From a virus (lineage: Duplodnaviria > Caudoviricetes): a DNA stretch of 64,000 bases. The stretch lies in IMG/VR virus record IMGVR_UViG_2845838682_000001; one strand, given 5' to 3'. The notes beneath the pieces were generated by a model. It made no database searches, was not told the DNA's origin, and saw only the letters and a program-made list of their open reading frames with translations. Both the position numbers and the translations under genes were made by a program. Shown here in pieces: positions 8,257 through 17,720 of this stretch. Numbering within the stretch: the stretch's first letter is position 1; each line of letters starts with the position of its first letter.

Positions 8257-11200
8257 GCGTTGGCCCCCTTGCCGAATGCGATCTGAACGTTGCCGCCGCC
8301 CTCGATGCGGGTGATCTTGCGGATGCGGCGCCGCAGTTCGGCGTCGCCGCCTTCGAGGTCGATGACGATGCGGATGGGTTCGGCGCCGACGGGTTCGGGG
8401 GCGCCGGTGCCGTTGTAGGCCAGCGAGTACCCGACGGGGAGGTAGCCGCCCGTGTCGTAGGTCGCCGAGGGCAGGATCTGGCGCAGCGCCGCAATGTGGT
8501 CGGCCGGCTGCCCCTCCCAGCCTTTGTCCTGCATCACGAAGTCGGCCGGGTCGATGAGTCCGCCCATGGCGTAGCCCGGCCAGTCGGGCCGGAAGATCGC
8601 CCCGCCGGAGCGGGTGGAGCGGCGGACGTTGTTGCCTTCGTTGCCGCCGATCCGGTACCGCTCGGGGTCGTTAACGGTGTTAACGTGCGACGTGCCGTAG
8701 ACGGCGACGTCGCCGGGTTTCTTCTGCGACTCGGAGACGCGCCGCATCCCGGAGGTGTAGTAGTCACCGGTCCAGGCGGTACGCGAGGCGCCCTTCAGCG
8801 CGCTGCTGTTCTTGGTCTTGTCGAACAGCCAGCTCACGTACATCGCGCACCACGGCGACCCTGCCATGCCGTACCAGTCCGTGATGGCGTTGCGGTTCGA
8901 CCCGGGCGGGTTCTCGGGGAAGCGGCCCACGGTGCGCTGCGCCAGCTCGACGACGGCCTTGGCGCCCTTGCCGATCTCCAGGTCCTCGCGGTGCGCCTTG
9001 ATCTGCGCGCTGATGGCCCGGTTCCAGTGGCGGACGTCGTGGAAGCCCTGCCCGTGCAGGTCGTTGCCGGTGCCGTACCGGTTCGCGGTCGCGGCGGCCA
9101 TCCCGTTCAGCGCACGGTTTCCGGCGGCGACCACACCGCCCCGGTTGTCCCAGGAGTCCTTGCCCAGCTCCCGGAACCGGTTGGCGAGCCCGACGACACC
9201 ACCGCTCGCGAATCCTTCCAGCAGGAGTTTCCCGGCGTCGCCGCCCAGCCGGTTCGCGGAGTCGATGAACGACCGGCCGCCGAGGCTGGTGGTGGCCTGC
9301 GGGGTGAGGACCCCTTCGCCGTCGCGCACGGCGGCGAGCCGGTTGTCCTTGGAGGAGTACCCGGCCAACTTCCCGCCGCCGGTCAGGTCGACCATGCCGC
9401 CCTGGTCGAAGCCGGGCACCTTGCCCATCGTGGACAGGCCCGGCACCTTGCGGGCGATGGTGTTCCACACGCCCCGCAACCCTTTGTTCACGACCGGGTC
9501 GATGACGTACCGGACCGGGGCGGCGGCGGCCTGGCGCAGCCGCCCCCAGGACGCGTGGACCCCCACCACGGTCGCCCGGAAATTCTGCAGGACGCCCTTG
9601 CGCATGTGGGTCGTCGCATCCAGCAGCATCGACACCAGCGACCGCGACCCCGACTGCAGCGCCCGCACCATCGCGAAGAAGCTCTTGGTCGAGTCGGCGG
9701 CCATGTCGTCGAACGCGCCTGTGAACCCGCGCGCGAGCACGGCCGCCAGCCGCAGGCTCTGGGTGACCAGCTGCCCGATCGAGCCCAGGATGGTGGCGGC
9801 CAGCGCCCGGACGAGCGCGGTCGAGCCCTTGCGCAGCGCCACCAGCGTCAGCAGCACCGAGGACCGCAGCACCGCGACCTGGGTGGTCATCGCCGCGGCC
9901 ATCAGCCGGGTCTGCTCGATGGCCTTCGTGTTCATCCCGGTGACCTGGTCACCCACCCCGGAGGGCAGCTTCTTGGTCTCCCCGATGATCTCGGAGACCA
10001 TGTCCGGGATGATCGAGTTGCCGACCAGCTCGTCGTAGAGGCCGCGCGCCTTATCCAGCGCCTTGTCCTTCATCTCGCCGAACTTCTCGCCGACGACGGT
10101 GACCATCTCCGTCAGCTGGCCGATGACGACCTGGACGATGGCGATGAACATGGTCCGGACGATGTTGAGCAGCTGTCGGCCCGCCTCCACCGCGGACTGA
10201 GCCAGCGCCCCCATGGCCTTGCCGTAGGCGCGGAGCAGAGCCAGCCCGACCTGGGCGACCATGCCGGGCACGGCCTTGGCCAGCTCGAACAGGACGGTGC
10301 CCAGCGCGCCGATGAGCCGCGGCCCCCAGTCCTCCTCGACGTGGGTGGCCAGCTTGCCTGGGGCGTCCTCCTCCTTGAGGCCCTTCACCGTTTTGTCGGG
10401 AACGCCGGTAGCCCAGTCGACGAACTTCTTGGTGAGCTTGGTCAGCTTCTCCGGCAATCCCTCGGCGAAGCCCTCGATCCAGGCCACGAATTTGTCGGTC
10501 CAGGACTGCAGCCGTATGGGCAGGGTGTCGGCGAAGCCCTGGATCCAGGTGGTGATCTTGCGGGTCCAGGAGTCGAGCTTGGCGGGCAGGTCGGCGGCGA
10601 AGTCCTCGACCCAGTAGGTGAGCTTCCACCCCCAGGAGTCGAACTTGGCCTTCGTCTTCTCCCAGAGGCCGCCGGCCCAGTCGCCCAGCTTCTGCGTCCA
10701 CGACGCCAGCCGGCCCGGCATTTTCGCGGCCTCGTCGACGAACCAGCCCCCCAGGGACCGGCCGACCCCGGACAGCTTCGTGCGCACCGTCTCCGACAGG
10801 CCGCCCGCCCAGTCGGTGAACGCGACCGTCCACGTGGGCAGGTTGTCCTTGATGTCGGATGGGACGCCGCGGATCCAGCCGATGAGGTCGTCGCGCAGCT
10901 CGCCGAGCTTGGTGTGCCACTGGTCGAGCAGGTCGCCGTACCACTCCAGGAACGCGGGGATCCACTCGGTGGCCAGCGCGTCGGCGATCTCGGGGGCGGC
11001 GTCGGCCAACCAGCTCGACACCGAGCCCGGCAGTTGCCAGAACCACAGCTTCAGGGCCTGCCAGATGAGCTTGCCCGCCGTGGAGAACAACGCGACGAGG
11101 TAGTCCGCGCCGCCCTTGGCGGCCTCCTTTGCGCCGTCCCAGGCTTTGGACCAGTCGCCCTCGATGAGGCCGGTGACCAGGTCGATCGCGCCGCGCAACT

Positions 11201-13286
11201 GGCGGATGATGGCGCCGCCCCAGTCGGCGGCGAAGTCCTTGGCGAGTTCGATCTTGTCGGCGGCCTGCTCCCACACCCACGACCAGCGGCCCTCGAACGC
11301 TTCGGCGCCCTTGCGCAGCTCGTTCAGCCACCCGACGATCCGCTCGATGTGGGGTTCGGTGGCGTCGCGCAGTTCGCGCCACCCGTCCACCAGGACGGGC
11401 CACAGGTCCGAGCGGAACCAGTCGGCGACGGCCCCCGCGGCGTCGCCGACCTTCTCCCAGACCCCGGTGACGATCTCCCGGAAAGTTTCGGAGCGTTTCC
11501 AGGCGAGGGCGAGGGCGGCGGCCAAAGCGGCCAGCGCGCCGATGATCAGCCCGATGGGGGAGAGCACCACCCCCAGGGCGGCGGTGACCCCGGCGATGAT
11601 CGCCTTGCCCGCCAGTAGCGCCGCGACTACGACGGTGATGGCGCCGGCGAGCATCCCCACCACTTCCAGCACCGGTTTGATGGCGGCCTCGTGCTCCTCA
11701 AGGAACCCGGTGACGCCGCGCACGGCGCCGGAGAACATGTCGACCAAAGCGGTGGCGCCATCCAGGACACCCATGTCGCCGATCGCGAGGAACAGGCCCT
11801 CCATGGCGGAGGTGGCGCCTTTCAGAGCCCCCTGCAGCCCGGACATCTTGATGTCGGCCATCCGCTTGGCCGCACCCTCGGAATCGCGCAGCTTGCCGGT
11901 GAAGCTGTCGAGTTCGTCGCCGCCCTGGCGCAGCAGCGCGATCATCGCCGGCCCGGACTCGACCCCGAACAGGTTCATCATGTCGGCGGTGCCGGCGCCG
12001 GCCGCCTCCAGGTCGCGCATGATGTCGGCCATCGGCCGCAGGTCACCGTTGGCCTTGGTGACCGTGACCCCGAGCGCGTCCAGCGTTTCCTGCACTTTGG
12101 CGGTGGGGCGGATGAGGTAGGACAGGGCGCCCCGCAGCGCGGTGCCCGCGTTCTCGCCCTTGATGCCGGCGTTGGCGAAGGTTCCCATCACGGCCGCGGT
12201 TTCCTCCAACGACATTCCCGCGCTGGAGGCGATGGGGCCGACGTATTTGAACCCGTAGCCCAGCTCCTCGACGTTGGTGTTCGCGTTGCTCGCGGTGGAG
12301 GCCAGCACGTCGTTGAGGCGGCCGAGCTGGGACACCTCCAGTCCCATCCCGGAGAGGATGTTGGTGGAGATGTCGGCGGCGCGCGCCAGCTCCATCCCGC
12401 TCGCGGCGGCCAGATCGAGGGTGCCGGGCAGCGCCTCCATCGACTCGTGCGCCGACAAACCGGCCTGCGAAAGGAACCCGAGGGCGTTGGCGGCCTCGGT
12501 CGCCGAGAACATCGTCGTCGACCCCAGCTCGCGGGCCAGGTCCGACATGGCCTGGAACTCCTGCCCCGTCGCCCCCGAGATCGCCTTCACGTTGTTCATG
12601 GCGGCTTCGAAGTCCTTCGAGGCGGTCAACACGCTGGCGCCCATGGCGGCGGCCGCGGTTCCGGCGAGCATCGGCAGCCCGCCGAACGCCCCGGCGAGCC
12701 CGGCCAGCCCCATCGTCATGCCGCCGGTGAACGACGCGCCGCCGGCGCGGCCCAGCCCGCCCAGCGGGGCGGTGGCCTGCTGGGTGCCGCTGCCCAACCC
12801 TTGGCCGATGCCGGCGGCCGCCAACTCCCCGCTGTTGATGAACCGGCCGCGGGAGTCGCGGATGCGGCCGTCGGCGCCCCGCACCCACCCGCGCGCAGCC
12901 AGGTCGCCGCCCCGGCTGAACGCCTGGGAGGTGTCGCCCATGGCCTGCGCGGCGGTCGTGCGCATTGTCTGGGCGACGCCGGAGGACACCGCCTCGTCCA
13001 TGCCGGACACGAATGAGGACCCGGTGGCGGTGCCGGCCTTGATGAACCGGCCCTTGGAGTCGCGGATCCGCCGGGCTGAGCGCTCGGTGGTCTGCTCGAC
13101 GCCGCGGGTGGTCTCCTTCTCGAACGCGGCGGTGAACCCGCCGCCCGAGGACCGTCCGGCGCGGGTCGCGGACTGCTCCACCTGGTGCAGCGTCCTGCGG
13201 GTCTGGCGGGTCAGCCGACGCATGTCGCGGTCGAACGCCTTGACGTCGGCATCCAGCACGACCGTCAGCTCTTCGAGCGTCGACAC
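8253..13286 (-). CDS. Tape measure protein (TP901-type) with C-terminal CHAP-like peptidoglycan hydrolase
   Basis: 1677 aa Ala/Gly-rich. FEAAMNNVKAISGATGQEF..ARELGSTT.FSATEAA TMP core; Trp-periodic helical repeats; PWCAMYVSW..PGDVAVYGTSHV..GGN near the C-terminus. Confidence 0.95.
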   Translation of the reverse strand: MSTLEELTVVLDADVKAFDRDMRRLTRQTRRTLHQVEQSATRAGRSSGGGFTAAFEKETTRGVEQTTERSARRIRDSKGRFIKAGTATGSSFVSGMDEAVSSGVAQTMRTTAAQAMGDTSQAFSRGGDLAARGWVRGADGRIRDSRGRFINSGELAAAGIGQGLGSGTQQATAPLGGLGRAGGASFTGGMTMGLAGLAGAFGGLPMLAGTAAAAMGASVLTASKDFEAAMNNVKAISGATGQEFQAMSDLARELGSTTMFSATEAANALGFLSQAGLSAHESMEALPGTLDLAAASGMELARAADISTNILSGMGLEVSQLGRLNDVLASTASNANTNVEELGYGFKYVGPIASSAGMSLEETAAVMGTFANAGIKGENAGTALRGALSYLIRPTAKVQETLDALGVTVTKANGDLRPMADIMRDLEAAGAGTADMMNLFGVESGPAMIALLRQGGDELDSFTGKLRDSEGAAKRMADIKMSGLQGALKGATSAMEGLFLAIGDMGVLDGATALVDMFSGAVRGVTGFLEEHEAAIKPVLEVVGMLAGAITVVVAALLAGKAIIAGVTAALGVVLSPIGLIIGALAALAAALALAWKRSETFREIVTGVWEKVGDAAGAVADWFRSDLWPVLVDGWRELRDATEPHIERIVGWLNELRKGAEAFEGRWSWVWEQAADKIELAKDFAADWGGAIIRQLRGAIDLVTGLIEGDWSKAWDGAKEAAKGGADYLVALFSTAGKLIWQALKLWFWQLPGSVSSWLADAAPEIADALATEWIPAFLEWYGDLLDQWHTKLGELRDDLIGWIRGVPSDIKDNLPTWTVAFTDWAGGLSETVRTKLSGVGRSLGGWFVDEAAKMPGRLASWTQKLGDWAGGLWEKTKAKFDSWGWKLTYWVEDFAADLPAKLDSWTRKITTWIQGFADTLPIRLQSWTDKFVAWIEGFAEGLPEKLTKLTKKFVDWATGVPDKTVKGLKEEDAPGKLATHVEEDWGPRLIGALGTVLFELAKAVPGMVAQVGLALLRAYGKAMGALAQSAVEAGRQLLNIVRTMFIAIVQVVIGQLTEMVTVVGEKFGEMKDKALDKARGLYDELVGNSIIPDMVSEIIGETKKLPSGVGDQVTGMNTKAIEQTRLMAAAMTTQVAVLRSSVLLTLVALRKGSTALVRALAATILGSIGQLVTQSLRLAAVLARGFTGAFDDMAADSTKSFFAMVRALQSGSRSLVSMLLDATTHMRKGVLQNFRATVVGVHASWGRLRQAAAAPVRYVIDPVVNKGLRGVWNTIARKVPGLSTMGKVPGFDQGGMVDLTGGGKLAGYSSKDNRLAAVRDGEGVLTPQATTSLGGRSFIDSANRLGGDAGKLLLEGFASGGVVGLANRFRELGKDSWDNRGGVVAAGNRALNGMAAATANRYGTGNDLHGQGFHDVRHWNRAISAQIKAHREDLEIGKGAKAVVELAQRTVGRFPENPPGSNRNAITDWYGMAGSPWCAMYVSWLFDKTKNSSALKGASRTAWTGDYYTSGMRRVSESQKKPGDVAVYGTSHVNTVNDPERYRIGGNEGNNVRRSTRSGGAIFRPDWPGYAMGGLIDPADFVMQDKGWEGQPADHIAALRQILPSATYDTGGYLPVGYSLAYNGTGAPEPVGAEPIRIVIDLEGGDAELRRRIRKITRIEGGGNVQIAFGKGANA

Positions 13287-13299
13287 CCCGCCCCCTTTC

Positions 13300-13659
13300 T
13301 CAGTCGCTTTTGCCGCCGAACTTCTCGGTCAGGGCCTTCAGCAGGCTCTTCTGCTGCTCGGGCGTCTGGCGCTTGTCGGACCCGGCGCGCTTGCCCCACT
13401 TCGGGATGAAGTCCTCCGCGGTGAGCCTCTTCCTGCGTTTCCCTTTCTTCTCTTGGGTGAGCATGGTGGTGACCCGCTCGGCGACAATCCCGGTGAGGAT
13501 GTCGTCGCGTGACCGGTCCAACGGGCCCTCCAATTGTTGGAAGGCAGCCCATGAGGTCAGTTCACGCGCCGGCATCTCCTGAAGAAGGGCCTTGTGGGTG
13601 TATCCCAGGGACGCGGCTAGTCGGTATCGAAATCGCTTCCCTGGGTCACGTCGAAATCC
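13300..13659 (-). CDS. Tail assembly chaperone, post-frameshift (gpT-like) segment
   Basis: -1 frame relative to the chaperone gene: FRRDPGKRFRYRLAASLGYTHKALLQEMPARELTSWAAFQQLEGPL; lies between chaperone and TMP. Confidence 0.8.
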   Translation of the reverse strand, partial: GFRRDPGKRFRYRLAASLGYTHKALLQEMPARELTSWAAFQQLEGPLDRSRDDILTGIVAERVTTMLTQEKKGKRRKRLTAEDFIPKWGKRAGSDKRQTPEQQKSLLKALTEKFGGKSD

Positions 13660-14039
13660 TCGATCTCCTCCTCGACCGCGCCGGGCGCGAGCCCGGAAAG
13701 CCGGAAAGCTGCGTCGCGGATGCGAAGGATGGGCTTGGACGACTTCGAGCCGAGCGTCTTGACGTCGGACTCGCTGAACACCGGGTCGCTGGAGTGCTCG
13801 GAGCCGACGCACCAGATCACGGTCTTCAGCGCGATTTGGCCGATGCGTTCGTAGCCGCGGCCGGTCTGGTTGACCTCCAGCATCGTGGACTCCACCCGGG
13901 AGCGCTGGGAGGCGCTCATCGGGTAGACACGCACCCACGCGTCCTCGGTGGCGCCCTTCTTGCGCCACTCGTTGACCTTCACATCCTCGAAGTCGTCCTC
14001 TTCGGCTTCCAGGATCTCTTCACGGCCGAGAAACGCCAC
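13617..14039 (-). CDS. Tail assembly chaperone (gpG-like)
   Basis: GTG start 1 nt after the tail-tube stop; MAFLGREEILEAEEDDFEDV.V.EW...VRV..MS..QR pattern; ends EEEIEDFDVTQGSDFDTD. Confidence 0.85.
   Translation of the reverse strand: MAFLGREEILEAEEDDFEDVKVNEWRKKGATEDAWVRVYPMSASQRSRVESTMLEVNQTGRGYERIGQIALKTVIWCVGSEHSSDPVFSESDVKTLGSKSSKPILRIRDAAFRLSGLAPGAVEEEIEDFDVTQGSDFDTD
13653..13659 (-). other. Probable -1 programmed frameshift site G GAT TTC
   Basis: Slippery-like heptamer at the EDF codons; a -1 shift joins the chaperone to the 13300-frame ORF. Confidence 0.65.
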
Positions 14040-14040
14040 T

Positions 14041-14463
14041 TTACGATGCCTCCTCGAAATACGGTTTTCCACTGATTTTGAACGTGAAGCTGCAGGACAT
14101 GGCGTCCTCGAAGGGGAATTCCATGCCCATGTTCGTGAGGAACCCGGAGAAGTTCCAGATTCCGCCGGGGGTTTCCGGAAGGACGATGCGGTAGTTGCGG
14201 GTGAGCGCGTCCTCGAAGTCGTCCTGCAGCGGGTTGTGGATATTCGGGTCGTAACGCACCTCGAACGACACTTCGCCGCCGTCCTTGAGGCCGCCGACGA
14301 ATTCGCGGTAGCCGTTGGGGGACTGGTGGGAGGTGGTCTCGATGGTCTCCCGCTCCTGCTCGGGGCCACTGATGTCGGTGGCTTCACCGACCATGTCGAA
14401 CGATTCGGGGTCGCCGCCGTCACCCCGCTCGAACCGGGTGCCGAACGCGTTGTATCCAGCCAC
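14041..14463 (-). CDS. Major tail (tube) protein
   Basis: GTG start. AFGTRFERG..VGEATDISGPEQERETIETTSHQSPNGYREFVGGLKDGGEVSFEV.YDP, lambda gpV/TP901-like tube signature. Confidence 0.92.
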   Translation of the reverse strand: MAGYNAFGTRFERGDGGDPESFDMVGEATDISGPEQERETIETTSHQSPNGYREFVGGLKDGGEVSFEVRYDPNIHNPLQDDFEDALTRNYRIVLPETPGGIWNFSGFLTNMGMEFPFEDAMSCSFTFKISGKPYFEEAS

Positions 14464-14586
14464 TTTGTGGACCTCCATCACGGATCGTGTGTGGACGTCC
14501 CAGGTGGGGCGGGCCCCCTCCCAGACCTGGGAGCAGGGAGGGAGACCCTTCCTCCGGTGATCAGCCGAAGGTGCTTGTCGGGCCGC

Positions 14587-15012
14587 CTAGGGCGGCTGCT
14601 GCTCGGTGTGCACCACCAGCTCCAGCGGCACGTGCCGGACCAGGGGGTCGGGGTCGCGCATCGGCTGGGCGGTGGCCAGCCGTACGGACCGCACCCGGTG
14701 GCCGGCGACCACCAGGTGGCGCTCCTGGTGGTCGAACAACCGAACCAGGTCGCCCGTGATGCGGTTGGCCTCGGCGAAACCGCCGCGGCCGCGGGTCCAC
14801 ACGTGCAGCGTCTGGCGCACCCGCCGCCCGAATCTCCCGTGCACGTTGTCGGGCGACTCGAACGCCTCGCCGACCGTGACATAGGGGTGGGGCTGGTCCT
14901 CGGGGACGTAGTCCCACACCGCCACGTCGAGGTGTTCCTCGCACCGGGCGACGATCGCGACCTGCAGCGGCCCCAGCGCGGATTCGGCGACGGGGGTCTC
15001 CTGGAAGCTCAC
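14587..15012 (-). CDS. Tail terminator/completion protein (DUF3168-like)
   Basis: VWDYVPEDQPHPYVTVGE..LHVW..GGFAEA.RI..L motif; canonical position. Confidence 0.85.
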   Translation of the reverse strand: MSFQETPVAESALGPLQVAIVARCEEHLDVAVWDYVPEDQPHPYVTVGEAFESPDNVHGRFGRRVRQTLHVWTRGRGGFAEANRITGDLVRLFDHQERHLVVAGHRVRSVRLATAQPMRDPDPLVRHVPLELVVHTEQQPP

Positions 15013-15407
15013 CAGCGCGACCTCCTCGACCCGCGGCGCCGGTCCATCTCCTCACGCACATGCATCCGCACCCGCTCGGGGAACAGCCGGCGTTCGGCCT
15101 CAGCGACCGGGCGGATGTAGGGCTGGGCCGGCATCCGCGACGTGCCGAACTCCTGGAAGATCGCGTAGTCGATCCAGTCGCCCGGCCCCGCCCTGGCGGT
15201 CAGCCCGTCGTTGACCAGCTCGTAGTCGATGGAGTCGCGCAGCGCCCCGGTGCGCACCGGCGCAAGGTTGCGCATCCCCGTGCGCATGGCCTTGCCGGAG
15301 GCCTCCACCGCGGTGCGGGTGCCGCGCTTGACCGCCGGCCGCAGCTGCTTCAGCCGGTCGGTCAGCTTGTCGGCGCCGCGGATCTCGACACTCACCCGCC
15401 CCGGCAT
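15009..15407 (-). CDS. Neck protein, HK97 gp10-like
   Basis: APVRTGALRDSI..YAIFQEFGTSRMPAQPYIRP signature. Confidence 0.92.
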   Translation of the reverse strand: MPGRVSVEIRGADKLTDRLKQLRPAVKRGTRTAVEASGKAMRTGMRNLAPVRTGALRDSIDYELVNDGLTARAGPGDWIDYAIFQEFGTSRMPAQPYIRPVAEAERRLFPERVRMHVREEMDRRRGSRRSRW

Positions 15408-15776
15408 CTACGACACCTCCTCGACGGTGGGTTCGGGCTGGTGCACCTCGACGTCCAACCGCAGGTAGGCGTCCTCCTCGGAGGGGCGCAGGCGCGCGAC
15501 GACGCGCCGCACCACCCCGGTCACCGGGTCCTCCAGCTCATCGCCGCGGCGCACGTCCTCGTCCGCCTCCACATACACCGGCTGGGTCAGCTCGGCCTGG
15601 CCCTGCTGCGGACCGACCGCGGTGCGCGCCAGCGCCCGCTCCTGCGCGGAGGGCTGGGAGGGGCGCACGTCGACCTTTCCCAGGTGGACGCGGTCCTCGG
15701 ACAGCCCGCCGGAAGGGGTGCGGACGGTCTCGACCCGGTAGTGGTCGAGGGTGAGGTCGAGCAGGTGCGCCACCAT
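15408..15776 (-). CDS. Head closure / head-tail adaptor protein
   Basis: ATG 15776; RTPSGGLSE...DVRRGDEL..V.ARLRPS..YLRLDVE; position between connector and gp10-like genes. Confidence 0.75.
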   Translation of the reverse strand: MVAHLLDLTLDHYRVETVRTPSGGLSEDRVHLGKVDVRPSQPSAQERALARTAVGPQQGQAELTQPVYVEADEDVRRGDELEDPVTGVVRRVVARLRPSEEDAYLRLDVEVHQPEPTVEEVS

Positions 15777-15777
15777 G

Positions 15778-16347
15778 TCAGCCCCCCGGGTGTTCGGCCT
15801 TGTAGGCGGCGATGATGTCCTCAGGCAGGGTGCCGCGCGCGGGAACGTTCTCGTAGCCCTGGCCCTTGGCCCAGGCGCGCACCTCGGCCTGCGACGGTTC
15901 GGCCCGCTCCGGGGTGGCCTTCGCCGGCTGGTCGCCGACGGACTGGGCGTCGCTCTTGCCCACCGGGCCCTGCGGGCCGCCATCGTCGGTGGTGCCCTTG
16001 TCCCGGTCGGAGGCGTCGTGGTCGCGTTCCCACTTCGCGCGCTCGTTCTCCAGCTTCTGGTCGTATTCGGCACGCACTTGGGCTTCGATGCGGCGGCGCT
16101 CCTCTTCGCGCCGCTCGTGCTCGCGCTGCAGCTCGGTGCGGCGTGTGATCGCCTTGGTGGTGGTGCGCCACCGCCGCGACGACCGCATCGCCTTCAGCAG
16201 CCGCTCCCGGCGAGAGGCATCCCGCCGGGCCATGGCCTTGGCGTTGGAAGTGGGGTAGACGGCGTCGGGCGGTGCGATGTCCTCGGGCTCGTCGTATTCA
16301 ACGACCCGGCCGGTGCGGACGTTTTCGAAGCGGACGCTCATGGTCAA
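15778..16347 (-). CDS. Charged protein with C-terminal Lsr2-like DNA-binding domain
   Basis: C-terminal AEVRAWAKGQGYENVPARGTLPEDIIAAY matches the Lsr2 DBD pattern IR.WA..NG..V..RGRIP..V..AY; coiled-coil middle. Confidence 0.7.
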   Translation of the reverse strand: MTMSVRFENVRTGRVVEYDEPEDIAPPDAVYPTSNAKAMARRDASRRERLLKAMRSSRRWRTTTKAITRRTELQREHERREEERRRIEAQVRAEYDQKLENERAKWERDHDASDRDKGTTDDGGPQGPVGKSDAQSVGDQPAKATPERAEPSQAEVRAWAKGQGYENVPARGTLPEDIIAAYKAEHPGG

Positions 16348-16778
16348 TCTCCCAGGTGAAGTCGGTACGGGGCGGCTGCGGCCTCATCGAGGAGCCGTTG
16401 GGGCATGTCGCCGGCCAGCGGCACGCTGCGGATGTCCTTCAGGCCCACAGCCGCTCGGATCGCAGACATTTCCTCGTCGGTGGCGTAGACGGGCCGCATC
16501 CCCTGGCCCTGCCAGTCACCGATGCGTTCGGAGGACAGGCCGCGGGGGTTGGTGGTGCCGCGCAGGACCATCGCGTGCACGATCAGGCGCACCTCGGCTG
16601 CGGCGGCCGAGGTGGACGTGTGGTCGACGTCGTCCAGCTCGCCTTCGGCGATGCGGCGCACCTCTGCCGAGACCGCCGCGATGACGGCCTCGGCTTGGGC
16701 ACGCTTGTGCTCGGGCAGGGGGCGGGCCCGACCCAGCAGGGTCTCGTGCTGGGTCAGGCTCAGCAGCGCCTCAGCCAC
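16344..16778 (-). CDS. Head-tail connector (Gp19/Gp15/Gp42-like)
   Basis: Follows capsid; MVLRGTTNPRGLSSERIGDW..LY.T.EE motif. Confidence 0.75.
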   Translation of the reverse strand: MAEALLSLTQHETLLGRARPLPEHKRAQAEAVIAAVSAEVRRIAEGELDDVDHTSTSAAAAEVRLIVHAMVLRGTTNPRGLSSERIGDWQGQGMRPVYATDEEMSAIRAAVGLKDIRSVPLAGDMPQRLLDEAAAAPYRLHLGD

Positions 16779-16814
16779 GTCCGCCCCCTTCTCCGCGTGG
16801 CTGGCGGGGGCGGG

Positions 16815-17681
16815 TCAGGACTCGTCCTCGACGCCGAGCACCACGACCCGGTCGGCGTCGACGAGTTCGGCGCCGGCGTAGATCGACAGGAGCGACAGGG
16901 TGGCGGCGGTGGAGCTGTCGACCATGAACACGTGGCGCAGCGACAAGCCCTCTTCGGACAGGACCGCGGAGTCGATGGTGCCGGGGATGGGCTGGGGCAC
17001 CATCGTCGAGAATGCGAACGCCGACGAGTGGTAGGCCAGGGCCCGCATACCGGTCAGCCGGGGGTTCTTCACGACGATGAACCCGCGGTACTCGCCGAGG
17101 ATTCCCCTGCGCAGGGCTTCGGTCGCGACCTCGCCCTGAAAGTCGGTGAGGGTGACACCGTCGGGGCTGGTGAGGCGGGCGGCGAACCTCGGGGAGACGC
17201 CGAGATAGCGGCCCTCCATGGGGTTCTCGGCCTCGTCGAGGGTCGCGTTGGCGTCGGCGATGATGTTGTCGAAGTTGCTGCCGTCGGGCAGCGCTTCGGT
17301 GTCCAGCGCCATCGAGTTCATGACGTCGGCGAGCTGACCTTCGGCGCCGGACACGACCGCGCGGACCTGGTTGCGGGTGACCTGCCGACCGAAATCGACG
17401 ATGTCGAGGCTGCGCTGGTGCTCGGTGACGCGGGCACCGTCGTAAAGGTGCTCGATGTCGAAGGGGACCTCGGTCTCCTCGACCTCGTCGTAGGTCAGGG
17501 TGCCGCCGCGCGGCTGCACCCGGGCCTCGCGCGGGACCGGAACGGGGATCGTGGTCTCGCCGCCGGTGGTCGGAGCCAGGTCGCCCGAGGGCACCTGGGA
17601 CACGGTCTGCGTCAGCGACAGCTGCGCCGACAACAAGTCGACCGCCAGCGTGCTGATGCTCTGGGAAGTCACGAACGCCAC
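16815..17681 (-). CDS. Major capsid protein (P22-coat-like actinophage family)
   Basis: 288 aa after the scaffold; TIPVP..V.E.EV.FDIEHLY.G..VT....LD..DF..QV...QV.AV pattern. Confidence 0.8.
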   Translation of the reverse strand: MAFVTSQSISTLAVDLLSAQLSLTQTVSQVPSGDLAPTTGGETTIPVPVPREARVQPRGGTLTYDEVEETEVPFDIEHLYDGARVTEHQRSLDIVDFGRQVTRNQVRAVVSGAEGQLADVMNSMALDTEALPDGSNFDNIIADANATLDEAENPMEGRYLGVSPRFAARLTSPDGVTLTDFQGEVATEALRRGILGEYRGFIVVKNPRLTGMRALAYHSSAFAFSTMVPQPIPGTIDSAVLSEEGLSLRHVFMVDSSTAATLSLLSIYAGAELVDADRVVVLGVEDES

Positions 17682-17720
17682 AAGGGCTCCTCGGGGTCTC
17701 TTCCCCGGAGCCCGCGGCGC

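Noticed and set aside
10400-11100. Trp-periodic ~11/22-aa repeats in the tape measure
   Set aside because: Ordinary TMP helical repeats
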